Shown: piece after piece, positions 14,301-25,367 of the stretch
Position numbering within the stretch: position 1 is the stretch's first letter
Layout: every line of letters begins with the position of its first letter
Assembly: GCA_030704615.1 (NCBI GenBank)
Contig: CM060733.1
Span: 12,586,001-12,650,000, forward strand
Length of the DNA: 64,000 nucleotides
Direction: 5' to 3'
Source: Takakia lepidozioides
Lineage: Eukaryota; Plantae; Bryophyta
The notes under the pieces: generated by a model
What the model was told of the DNA's origin: nothing
The model's input: the letters and a program-made list of their open reading frames with translations, nothing else
Database searches by the model: none
Program-made: the position numbers and the translations under genes

Positions 14301-17300
14301 TATTTGACATCCAGAGATTCTGGACAGCCTCATGTAAGTATGCAGCCAGGCATATGATCTGGTCCTTAACAGAGCCTTCAGCGAGGGCTTGGCCATCCAA
14401 GAATAGGCAGAAAGGAAGATCATTATGTCCACAGGAGGCCCAAAGGCCCCAAACAAAGAAAACAGAGAAAGATAAAGAAAGAAACTTGTGGAGCTTGTGT
14501 CCTGCAGGAGCCTGAGCTGACACTGAGGCGGACAGCCGCAGCCTCACTATCAGAAATAGCAAAGCATACGCCTGAGCTTAGCCAGGGAGTAGTGGAGGCG
14601 GGTGTGGTACCGTTTATCGCACCCCTCATTAGCCATTCTGATGCCAAGTTGAAAAGAGAGGTAACATTCATACACCAAGTTGTAATGCTGATTTGCTCCC
14701 CAATTTGTGCCCACCAGAGGGAGAATCACAGAAACCATAGAACAACGGCAGAGTGCCTCACACTGGTAAGCTGGACTTTGATCATAGATAAAGCTGTGTC
14801 AGGGAGGGGGAATCTCTAAAAGGACACCAGTGTGTGATTGTTAGACTTTCATGCAATACCCTTGTGGCCCTGTGCTGGGCTTCAGCTCGTTCATCACTGT
14901 GGCAACGTCTCCCTGGCCTTACTGTATATCGTTTCTGATTCTTTAGAAGGAGAGAATATACTCATAAGATGCTCTCTCTAGGAGAGAGAGAGAGAGAAAA
15001 AAAACCAGGAAAGAAACTTTATGACATCCACAGAGGGCCCTGAACAAGGTAGAACAAACCAAGAACTGCCAAAGGGCTCAGAGACACAGAGAGAAAGGGG
15101 AGCACCCTTTTCTTCCATATCCTCCTATATACTCTGTTATTGATGGTGGGTGCTCCCGCCTTTCACTGTTCTCTATCTATTTTAACTGGGTCAATGGCCA
15201 CAAGGCTACGGCAAACAACGTCTTATGAGTACAATCTATCTATTTTAACTGACATTCTTCAATTAATCCTAACAGACTGTCTCTTTGTGGGTTCTAGGTT
15301 TGTGCTGTGCTAAGCCAGATTGCAAAGCACACTGTCAACTTGGCTGAGGTAAGCTTTCAATGATTTTTATCAACTACCATCATTACAATGTAACCTATGC
15401 AATCTCATGAGACTACTACTGCAATTGATAAGAAAGAGGAAGACACTAAGGTGGCTGTTGTAGGAAATACACTGAAGATTAAGGCTACAAATCAATTCAC
15501 AATAAGAGAGAGACATGAGATAGCAAAACTCAAATCCTCAAGTACAAATGCAGGTAGTTGTGGCAGCAGACGTGTTCCCGAAGATATTCCTTTTGTTGAA
15601 GGACAGTGATCCCATGGTACGCCGCAATTCAGCCACCGTGGTCCGTGAAGTTTGCAAGCACACACCTGAGCTTGCACAGCTCATTGTGGCCACCGGTGGA
15701 GTGGCTGCCCTTGTTGACAATGTGTCAGAGGTTAACGGCAATGAGCGATTACCTGGTTTGCCTCCATCTCATTGTATCTCTACACCTTAATTCTACCTAT
15801 TTTGTATCTTACCTAAAGATCATTTTCTGAATACGTCAGACAACGTGGTTATTTACCATCTACCCATGCAGGTTTCTTGTAGCTATTGATCCACAGGGGA
15901 TCATTGGTAATCGTGTGCTTGAAATCCGGTCCTCTTGGGTGAGTCTGGACCCACACTCCATCCCTGCTCAGTTAGCTATCCCTGCCTCTGCACCAGTCAT
16001 ATATTTAGATCCTCGCCTTGCAGCTAGCAGCTGACAATGACAGCCTAGATTTGTTCTAGCAAACACCCCAACCCTGCTCGTCATAGTTCCTATGCTGAAT
16101 TGCTCTCAAGACTTTTAAAAATGTGCTGGCAGGATCTTGAAGTTGAATTATCAGTTTTATGGTTGTGGACGTGGCTGGTTGTTGGGGAACCAGTTTTCTT
16201 GCTTGTTTTCTCTGTTTCCTTTGTCCCATCAGCTCTTTGAACTTCACTATGAAGTATGAAGCTCCTTCCTTTCATGCAGTGCAGAACTTTTGCATCTTTC
16301 ATACCTCCATGCAATGCTTGCATACTTCTTTGTGTCTGTGGTACTACAGTTTGTTTTTCTGTGACAATGCTGCGAACTTTGAGGGACGTACCTTTCTTGG
16401 GGTGGGTCCGATGACAACTTTCATGGTTTTCATCTTCTGATTGACAGCCTTTTTGGTTGCTAGCATATGTTGAATTCTACAGAAACCAGCAGTCTCATTG
16501 GGATGCTTTACCTAACCATTTGAAGATGTCAGGTACCCTCATGTGGAATTTTCTGTAAAAGGGCATGCTGCATATCCAATTAACAGCCTTCACTCCACAC
16601 AGGTGTCATGGCCTTGGGATACATTGCTGCATTCTCTGAGACGCTTGCGCTCACTGTGATCTCATCCAACGCACTGCTCCCACTTCTCGATGCCCTCACT
16701 AATGAAATAGAGGACCACATCAAGAGTGCAAGTGCATGGTCACTGGGGCAGATAGGGAAGCATAGCCCCAACCATGCGAAGGTGGTGGCGGAGGCAGGTG
16801 TTATGTCGAAGTTAGTCAATTGTTTTATATCCAAGACTAGCAGCGAAGACTTGCAAACAAAATGCAAGAAGGCCATCAAAGCCATCTGTGATCGCCTCAC
16901 CTATTTCCCAGCACTGGACTCCATGCTCCAAGTAAGCCGGAGACCCACTAATGTTTGGTGATCAGAATCTGTTCCCTCTGCTCAACACTTGACATTTCTT
17001 TTAACTAAAAAGTCATCATAATTTTGACATTGAGAACTGGGAGCAAGCTAGGAGTATGAGCTTAAGGGCTCATCACAATATGTAATAAGGTGGAATTTAC
17101 AATTGAGGATATGCATGCAGTGCTCTTCCAGGTACTCGTGGATTCACTGAACAACTCTTCAAATATTTCTCTTTTCGTTTTCTAAATAATTGTGACATCA
17201 GTTCCTCCCTATCTGGTCTTGCCTCATGTGTTAAATGTCATTTTTGTTTACATAATTACATCTCTGAATTCACATATAGTTAAGTCATCTATAATTCACC

Positions 17301-17657
17301 CTCCAGTGGGTTATTGCATTTGAGCTGGGGTGGCCATGCTGTGGGAAGAACAGAAGATTTGTATGAATTGACATGCATCAACTTGCTTCTGGGCAGGGGC
17401 CATCAATGCCTGAAGGCATTCTCAAGTATGTGCTGGTACAGATAGCCAAGGTGGTGCCCCACGACGCTGAGTCGCGCACAAAGCTTGTGACCTCAGGCAG
17501 CTTTGCCAAAATCCAGGAGATAAGTGTGGAGGCTGGCAGCGAGATCAAAGAACTCATAGACAGCATTAACAGTGCGTACCCTATTGAGATTGTGCACTAC
17601 TACTCTCCTGGCTACTCTGAAATCCTTCTACAGAAACTCACAAGCCAGCACTTCTAG
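8358..17657 (+). CDS. SPAG6: Sperm-associated antigen 6 / PF16 axonemal central-pair armadillo-repeat protein, 8 exons, 509 aa
   Basis: Exons 8358-8456, 9428-9609, 9746-9998, 14508-14660, 15298-15348, 15554-15755, 16603-16931 and 17397-17657. All introns are GT-AG with consistent phases; total 1530 nt. Signature text includes MATTRAILQVLENYQKARIVFVQ, LLRPLLLDCVPNIQQTA, AKHTPELAQ, MALGYIAAFSETLA and YPIEIVHYYSPGYSEILL. Confidence 0.95.
10530..11900 (-). mobile_element. 5'-truncated non-LTR retrotransposon (RTE-like LINE) with decayed RT domain, in SPAG6 intron 3
   Basis: Minus-strand RT motifs: NYRSITLLSAVGKL, FFLDVKKAY, DQGVAQGCT..PLLFN, LMFAHDFAGL (YADD-like). C-terminal CP..EEHFFFHCP knuckle; 3' tail of TTTA(A)/TTTCA repeats. 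Confidence 0.85.
12100..12900 (-). mobile_element. Fragment of an RNase H-bearing non-LTR retrotransposon
   Basis: HMHFLKVRSHTVIIGHEAADLLAYGG matches the RNase H C-terminal motif (KVxSHxGxxGNExADxLA). Confidence 0.6.
12960..14400 (-). mobile_element. Stack of further LINE 3' ends (about 12960-13520, 13680-14095, 14135-14400; another at 10187-10420)
   Basis: Each starts on + with (GAAAT)n-GGTACTTCATAA..CGCGGGAAGCTCAAAGAGCTT..CAACTA.TG.TCAAGGGATTGTCT, the reverse complement of one family's 3' UTR and tail. Confidence 0.8.
15853..16103 (-). pseudogene. PDF-motif exon plus its upstream intron, inserted in SPAG6 intron 6
   Basis: Minus strand reads cag|THPRGPDFKHTITNDPLWINSYKKPAWVDGK. The adjacent intron is homologous to 40420-40570 and 41850-42000. 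Confidence 0.8.
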
Positions 17658-18685
17658 TATTGTGATCTTTTACTGATAGACATGGTAGTATCAACTGATG
17701 TCACCGATAATTGCCGAATCAAGCTAAGGCATGTATCTGGACACCAGGATTGTTGAGGATTGGTGAACCCAATGACCACAAGGCAAATAATAGATGGTTA
17801 TCATTTGGTAACCTAGGCACAGCTGACATGGTCACGGCAAAACTTGAAGGTTGCCCCCATGTACTTTGGCCTCTAAATAGCAGGCTGGTTTTCCTCGATG
17901 ATGACGTTGGCAACCCCTTTCAACCCCTTTCATAGCAATGCGATTTGTATATTCTGTACAACTCTAGTGCTTGGTTGTAAGAGAGTGAGCTTGTAATGAA
18001 GCCTTCAATGTAAACTCTAGCTGCTTAGTTGGCAATAAGCAGTCTTTGCTGGCTCTTCAACAACTCTAGCACACCTCATAAACTTTAAGACCTTCCTCTC
18101 TCTTTGCAATCGTGGTTGTGTTTATCCCATATCACTGCTGCACTACAGCATCTGCTGGTCTCTACCCATATGTTATCTCCACTTTGCATTCTCCGCAGTT
18201 GCTGGTTGACAATGGTTTACTGTGCTTGATTTTCGAACTTTGACCATGGAAAGCCCAAGAAGGCACCTGACCTCCTTTGATGTGGACTCAATGTAGTTTC
18301 ATCTGTTTTTTAATTCTCATGGCCGCCACTGTCAGGACGGGAGGGGGATAGCAATACCCATGTCCTGAAGGGCATAGGCAATTGTGGTGAAACTCCACGC
18401 AATAGCTGGGAAAACCCAGCGTCCACAGAGCAGTTGGTCACCACCTCCATCCATTCTCACAAATTCAGTCACCTCCCCTTCACTACTCTACAATGGTCTG
18501 GGCTGCTGTTAGCTACTAATGCAGCAACATGACCAAATAACCTCAACATCTGATAGCAGATGTTTTGAACTGGGTAGTCTGCTGGAAGACAACATATGGA
18601 AGATGCCCTTGAAGGTACAACAATCCCTATAGCTGAAGGCTTCATCTTCTAGTGAGACACCATGTAGTTCCACTGACAACCTTGT

Positions 18686-21121
18686 TCAATCCTCCTCAGA
18701 TTTCCTCCTTGCCGCTAAGTATTTTTCCCTCCACCACTCCGGACGCAACTCATAGAGGTTGAGTAAGAACCGCCCCAAGAAAATTGAACATACGAGCCCA
18801 CCAATAATTACTGCAACTATCATACTCAACTCGTACTTGATAGTTGGTGGCAGCACTACAAACCCAGCAGTTGCAAAAGCCCCAAGTACAAATAGCACAG
18901 ACCCTACCAAAAGAAGGGAGGTCCAAAGCAGGGCTCGGCGAACTTTGGCAACTGCTTCTCTGATAAATGTTTTTCGAATTGGCAAGACACCACCGGCACC
19001 AGAGAGGACAGTTGCAATGGCAAAGAAGAAGGACAAACTGTTGAACAACCAGAATGCTTGTAAATCTGGGTGCTGCTCTATGGCAACATATTGTTCGAAT
19101 GTCCCGGGGGGAGCTGGAAAAGGCTCCAGAAACTTGTCTTTGAAGTATGGAGTGTAGCCCAAGGGGGGTTGCAGCCAAGCTCCAAAAGTAATACTGGCAA
19201 TCAGTGCTGCACCAACCAGGCTGGCATTTGTTGCATCAACGTACACCTGACGATCCCTGAAGAGATCCTCGACATACTCCTTCACATCAGGCCTCTCCCT
19301 CAACACCTTTTCAACCTCCCTGTGACCATTCTCCATAGCTAACTCAAAGGCTGTTTTCCCATCCTCATTTTCTAGATTAGCCTTCAGCTGCCCACTTTTG
19401 TCCAAACAAAGCTCCTTTACTACTGATGTGTAGCCTTTCTTTGCAGCCAGATGCAGCGATGTTTCACCATTGTAGTTCTTGGCGTTCACATCCAGACTAG
19501 GCTGTGTTAGAAGAAATCTTAAGACATCTATGCTTCCGTATTGAGCAGCGTAGTGTAATGGTGTTTGCTTTTTCACACTATCTATGGGATTTACATCCAA
19601 AACATCCTCCCACTCCTCCCACTGAAGAAAATTCTGCACCAATTGCACGTGACCGTTCTGAGCAGCCCAATGGAGTAGTGACCTTCCCTCTAATTCACTA
19701 TGAAACACCTTTTTTTCTATGCTTGTGAAAAGGAGTCTCATAATCGCAGCATTCCGTGTCTCTGCTGCGAGCTGCAGATGTCTGAAGCAAGTTTCTAGAG
19801 GAGGATCTATGTTCGCATCCTCTAAAAAGTACCACACCACATTGATATGGCCCTTTAGCTCAGCAAGCTCCAGTGCAGTAAAGTTATTATTGTCTTTAGC
19901 ATTGTAATCTGTGCCAGGCCGCATGAGCGCAATCAATGTGTCAGCGTCCCCATTACTTACAGCTAAGTGTAAGGGCGTCGATTTGTTGCTGGATTGTGCG
20001 TTTACATTCACATTTGGATTGGCTAGAAGCAAGCTCACAACATTTGCACGGCCATGTCCTGCGGCCAGATGCAGTGGTGTGCAACCATCACTGTCGTTTG
20101 CATTGACATTGATACCAGCCCACGCTAAGAGCTTACTGACAACATCTGTGTGACCCTCCCGAGCTGCCAAGTGTAAAGGGGTGAAATGGTCACCTGTTTC
20201 CTGGAATCCATCAGCTATTGCTGGACGTGGCAAGTGATCCAGTTTCAAATCTGGGGGTAAAAAAAGCTGTTGCTGAGTTGATTGATTGTTGGCTGCGGCA
20301 TTTGCATTAATGTGAGGACTCTTTAGGAGTTCTTCCACTACATTTGCATGCCCTTCCCGGGCAGCCAAATGCAGTGGTGTAAACTTGTCGAAGTCCTCAA
20401 CATTCACATCAAAGATGGCCAGCTGGTGCTGTAGAAAATGTTGTACCACTTCTTCGTGGCCCCCACGGGCAGCATAGTGCAGAGGTCTTCGGTTGATGCA
20501 ATCCAAGGAGCTAGCCATGTCAGAGTCCAGATTACGCCTCCGCAGCTCAGCTAGGAGCAAGCTAACCATCCGTCCTTGACCACTGTCTGCGGCCATGTGG
20601 AGAATCGTAAAGAATTCATCGGTCTGGGCGTTCAGATTCACTTCACGCTCAGCTAGCATCCGCTCGACCACCTCTGTGCAGCCACGCTCTAACGCCAGAT
20701 GAAGAGGAGTGACCCCGAACTTTGCAGCGGCATTCACATTAGCACTCTCCCGTGCCTGAAGCAAGCTAGCCACTTCTGTGCCGTTGTTCCATCCACCCCT
20801 ATGACGAGGTATGACCCCGAACATAGCGGCGTCATCCACATTAACGCTCTCCTGTTCCAGAAGCAAGCCAACCACTTCTGTGTGGTTGTTCAAAGCACCC
20901 AAATGGAGAGGTGTTCGGCCGAAGTCATCAACAGCATTCACAGCAATGAAAGGGTGGAGCAAGAGAAGCTCAACCACCTGTTTCTGTCCATTTTGTGCAG
21001 CCATGTGAAGAGGCGTAAAATTCCATCGGCCTCTACCATTCACATCATTTTTGAAAATGATCAGGAATTCCTTCACTCTCTCCAAGTCTCCGGAGCCGGC
21101 AGCATCCAGCAAGTCTTCCAT
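18686..21121 (-). CDS. Ankyrin-repeat protein with C-terminal PGG-type 4-TM domain (ACD6/ITN1-like), 811 aa, intronless
   Basis: Many TPLHLAA..GH..VV..LL ankyrin repeats, then ASITFGAWLQPPLG, FWLFNSLSFFFA and four hydrophobic helices. The 2436-nt frame is open. Confidence 0.9.
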   Translation of the reverse strand: MEDLLDAAGSGDLERVKEFLIIFKNDVNGRGRWNFTPLHMAAQNGQKQVVELLLLHPFIAVNAVDDFGRTPLHLGALNNHTEVVGLLLEQESVNVDDAAMFGVIPRHRGGWNNGTEVASLLQARESANVNAAAKFGVTPLHLALERGCTEVVERMLAEREVNLNAQTDEFFTILHMAADSGQGRMVSLLLAELRRRNLDSDMASSLDCINRRPLHYAARGGHEEVVQHFLQHQLAIFDVNVEDFDKFTPLHLAAREGHANVVEELLKSPHINANAAANNQSTQQQLFLPPDLKLDHLPRPAIADGFQETGDHFTPLHLAAREGHTDVVSKLLAWAGINVNANDSDGCTPLHLAAGHGRANVVSLLLANPNVNVNAQSSNKSTPLHLAVSNGDADTLIALMRPGTDYNAKDNNNFTALELAELKGHINVVWYFLEDANIDPPLETCFRHLQLAAETRNAAIMRLLFTSIEKKVFHSELEGRSLLHWAAQNGHVQLVQNFLQWEEWEDVLDVNPIDSVKKQTPLHYAAQYGSIDVLRFLLTQPSLDVNAKNYNGETSLHLAAKKGYTSVVKELCLDKSGQLKANLENEDGKTAFELAMENGHREVEKVLRERPDVKEYVEDLFRDRQVYVDATNASLVGAALIASITFGAWLQPPLGYTPYFKDKFLEPFPAPPGTFEQYVAIEQHPDLQAFWLFNSLSFFFAIATVLSGAGGVLPIRKTFIREAVAKVRRALLWTSLLLVGSVLFVLGAFATAGFVVLPPTIKYELSMIVAVIIGGLVCSIFLGRFLLNLYELRPEWWREKYLAARRKSEED

Positions 21122-22690
21122 AACATCCCTTGAGGCTCTTACAAATGCAGGAAGTTATCGAATCGGAAACTTGAACTAACATTCCACTGCAACTATTAGT
21201 TACATTCTCACTTACGTAAGGATCCGAGAGCCCAACACCTTGCCCTGCAGACACTCTCTCTGTACCCGAGTCAGCATAAACTTTCACTCCAATCCCTCAA
21301 GAGCTCAATGTTTCTCGAGATGGCCTCCCTGGTATTCTGAAGATCCTCAGAGAAAATTGTGAGCGATCATGGCCCAGAGGTGTTCACTTCAACTCTACGA
21401 CTAGCTCTCTCACAGTGTTTCCAGCTAGCCCAAGCTCGTGCCTCAGCTTGATCGCAGACGCTGATACAAAACCGAACAGAAGAAACTTGTTACAGACTTA
21501 CTTGGTGGTCACGGTAGGTACTCTCCCTCAGTTACCGGCTTGTTTCCACAAGTTCGTGCCTCCATGCTTGCGAGAGATCCGAGTCTAAGGGAACTTGCTT
21601 GCACAAGGCCTCCTAGTGTGAAGAGCCAGGCACTCGATCACGATCGATTGTCCGACAATGCACCTCTCCCATTACCATCTGCGAGATGCCATCTCGGAGA
21701 GAAAGGAGTCCTTCACAAGACTCCTTTTGCTTCAGCGCTACGCAGCCATCAAGACAGTTGTGACCGACAGTCGGACAGAAGGCGGGCGACCGCCGGCAGA
21801 TCACTTGAATTAATAAGGGCCCAAGAAAATATGATATTTCAATTGGCTTCTCAATTGGGATCCCACTGTGAGCGAGTGCAGGACTCTGAACTTCATCCGA
21901 GGCATTGCAGAGTGGATTACCAAGACAAGATTTTTGGGTTGTGATCGGAACTCGGAACATCTGAAGAAGATCGAGTTACTTGAGGGTCGCAACTTGGTGT
22001 GGTGAATACTTCTCTGCGCTTTTCGTACTGGAATTGTTACCTGCGATCTCCGATGTTCGGATTATGGCGAGGTTGTTGAAGGGATAAGACTAAGGCAAGG
22101 AATCAGTACATTCTTTCTGCAAGATCCACCCTTCATTCTCATTTCTGACTGTGATACGCTGATTCAGGTACTTGCTTTCGGCTGTGGATGCGCCATAATT
22201 CTAGCTGTTTCCGTTTTGCAGATGGATTCTGTTTTTTGATCTAGAAGAGAACAATCCGGCCAAACAAAATGCCCCTAGTCACGCTGCAAGTAGCCCATGA
22301 ACAGAGCACGAGTCTTCGGAGGAAATGTGCAATCCTGACTGTTATTAAACCCTAAACCCTGTCTGTAAAGAACGAGAGCGGCCATTTGCTGAAATCTTGA
22401 TTAAATATCCCCCTTGTTTATTCCATTCTAGTTGTGGTGATGCAATCTAATAGGAAGGCAGGGTGGGCAGATTTCAGAGAGGAGGTATGCTTACTGTGAG
22501 GAAACTCGCAGCTGCCTTGGTTAGAACCACCCATGTGGTATGATTACTATCTCTGCATTAGCCTTGAGAAGTACTTGTCGCTGCTCAGTGCATGCTCATT
22601 CCATTCTATGCATGTTGTTGGACGACTTTATTCTCAGGTCAGATATAGAGGGACACATCGTGGTGTGGGCTTAGTGTACTTTGGTAATAT

Positions 22691-25367
22691 ATGACAAAGG
22701 GCTCATCAAGTGAATTGCTTCTGAATCTATGGAGTCAACAGTGTGCAAATGGAGGAGGAAGATGGTACAGTGAAAGCGCCATCAAAGACGAGTGGTGGGC
22801 AGTAGATGGTGTTGTACATAGGGTCCGGCCTCTTGGTGGGGATCGTCACACTATTATTTCCATGGAAATCAAGGATCCAAGACCAAAGCCTCTCGCCACT
22901 AAACACAGAGTTGGTGAACGGTTGAAACGCCTGGCGCAAATACGCATCAGAGATAATGTATGCTTCCTTCTCTGTTTCTTCTTCTCCCTTTTGCTTTCTC
23001 TGGCCATTTCCACCTGAAGTCTGTAAACTGTGGACCCACCTCTCTCTCTCTCTCTCCACAATGTGTATGGCAGTGGAATCACAGCCACACATATCACATC
23101 TGTCTAGTAGAGAGGCCACAGTGCTGATATCATCATTTATGCTTTCTAGTATGAGGTCAATGCCAACGCTTGATTTACTACTCAACTCCATGCAACTGGT
23201 TTGTTGTGGGCTATCTGGGAGTTGGGTTGACTTTCCGTAGTCTGGTGGGTTGAAATTCCTTGACTGGCTCAGGGAGGGTTATTACCTCATGGGATTAAAG
23301 CCTCAAGCGTATTTATAGTGGCATTCAAATGAACAGGTGATGAGTTTCTGTGTCTCTAACACAGACCTACCCACATGTCAGACACAAACACACATAGGTG
23401 ATCGAGTATCTATTAATGGTAAAATAGTTATATCATTACCTTATCCCTCAGCTATCATTGTAGCCGAAAATAATACAAATACTACATCTGAAGAGGGCTG
23501 GTGCACTGTGCCATGTGAAGGGTCAAGAGCTGTACTGGCCAGAGTACATGGAGAGGTTTCAGCGTACACGAGAGGCATGGGAGAAACTATTTTGGGATGG
23601 GATTCCCGATGAACCGGAGATCGATGAGAAGCTTAAAAATCCCAGAGTTGATCACTATCAAGTTCTTGGCCTCCCGAGGTACTTCCACTGACTCTTTTGT
23701 GCATATTTTACCGTGTGTGCTACAACAGTCTTTCTCAATGAAGCAACATGATGCCAGTTTTAGATGGAAATCATAGTGATTCAGATCACAGATACTGGCC
23801 AATTAACACCCCTTACAGGATCCATCTACCTTGGTGATACAGTTGACCTGATGAACTACATGCTATCTCTGACTGTAATAGGAATATGGAGTGTCACAAT
23901 GACCTTTCGGACAGGAACATCAGCAGTTGGTACCTAGTGAGGATGTGATTAACGGACGTTCAAACAAAGGAAGATGACACGTCTTTGATTTCATTTGTGC
24001 AGGCGACATATACCATATTCCCCACTGGAGATAAAGGTATTCACTTGAACTTCTCAACAGGTTCAAATGCACTGCCAGTAGATCTGGATGGCTGTACCGA
24101 GAGCCCACACACTTTAGTGTTTTCAAGCTACATGCACTCATTTTTTAAGACTGCGTGTTTGCCTAAGGTCAAGTGTGATTGGATTGTGTGCACTTTCTCA
24201 TGAAGCTCCCTCTCTGATCAGCTCATTAGTGGCAACTTCATCTACCTGTATGGCAGTTATCAAATCTTCCTACTGTGTTCTTGCTTCTGTTCACTTTGCT
24301 GAAGGTGTCAGACATCTCCAAAATGCAAATCCCTTCCCTCTCAAGTCAATTGTGGGCATGTAAGATAGTGGGCAGCAATTCTAAGCTACAGATGTGGGTG
24401 CATTTCAGGCTGGTTACTTGCGTCCCTCCTCTTTCTTCTATTTGTCTGTTTCTCTCCTTTGTGCTTACAAGTTCTTGCTCCTCACTTTCCAGTACTTTTT
24501 CTGTTCTCTTTTATATAATGGTCTCATTTGATTGCTAAACTGGTTCTTTGCTGTGTCTTCCTGTCACCACTGTGGTAGGTGACTGAAATTGAGTACATGT
24601 GTACCCACTGGTAGGAGATTATGAACTCAGTAGGGAGATTAAGCAGCTACTCACTCCTATTTAAGAAGTGGTTGAATTTCTTGCTCTGTCAATAAAAGGT
24701 TGCAGTCGTGTTTGTTCCTTTGCTTTTTCTGTCGTTGGTAATGTGTATTGACGTGTAAAGTTTCTTACATCTCTCATTTTTCTCGTGTTTTATTGTTACA
24801 AATTCTTCTTGCAAAGAGCGTCCTTTTCTTTGCCTTGGATATGGTCTCTTTCTCTTTGCTTATGTTCCAAATGTAGGTCCGTAGTTTAATCTGTAGTCTG
24901 CACTGCCATGGATATGTGCATTCCAGGCTGCGTTCCGAGAGAAGGCGATGCAGTACCACCCCGATAAGAATCGAGATAAGAATAAGAAGAACCGAGGTAT
25001 GGACTATCCAGACCAGCCATTGTGTTTGACTATTGGGGGTGTGGAACAGCATTTCATCACAGGCTAATATTCAATGATTATTTAAGAGTGGACTCGGTGT
25101 GTGGGTTCTATGATGTTTTACTCTCTGTTGCTAAACAATGCGTTTTATTCTTGGTAAAGTCTGATATTGAGCCAATTAAGGAATGGAGTATACTCCATGC
25201 CTCATGCATGAAGAATAGGACATATGTGACTTGTTGTGTGGGTTGGTTGGACTCTGATGCTGACCTAGAGGTCTGGTCTGGTGTTGTTACTTCCAGTTGC
25301 ACACGCTAAAAAGTTCAAGCAGATTTGGGAGGCTTACAAGAATCTCCAGAACAGACGGAGCTGGTAA
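22691..25367 (+). CDS. C-terminal J-domain (DnaJ type C) co-chaperone, about 199 aa, 5 exons; start uncertain
   Basis: Exons 22691-22957, 23521-23678, 24003-24036, 24927-24996 and 25297-25367 (GT-AG, phases consistent, 600 nt). They encode EWWAVDG..YMERFQRTREAWEKLFWDG..DHYQVLGLPRRHIPYSPLEIKAAFREKAMQYHPDKN..KFKQIWEAY, with the HPD motif intact. Confidence 0.85.

Noticed and set aside
18750-21133. Overlapping or antisense ORFs over the ankyrin gene (likewise over petE, PPR and TnpD)
   Set aside because: Shadow frames of real coding sequence with no recognisable motifs.
22347-22360. AAACCCTAAACCCT as interstitial telomere or telo-box
   Set aside because: Only about two units. It could be a promoter telo-box, but this cannot be supported from sequence alone.
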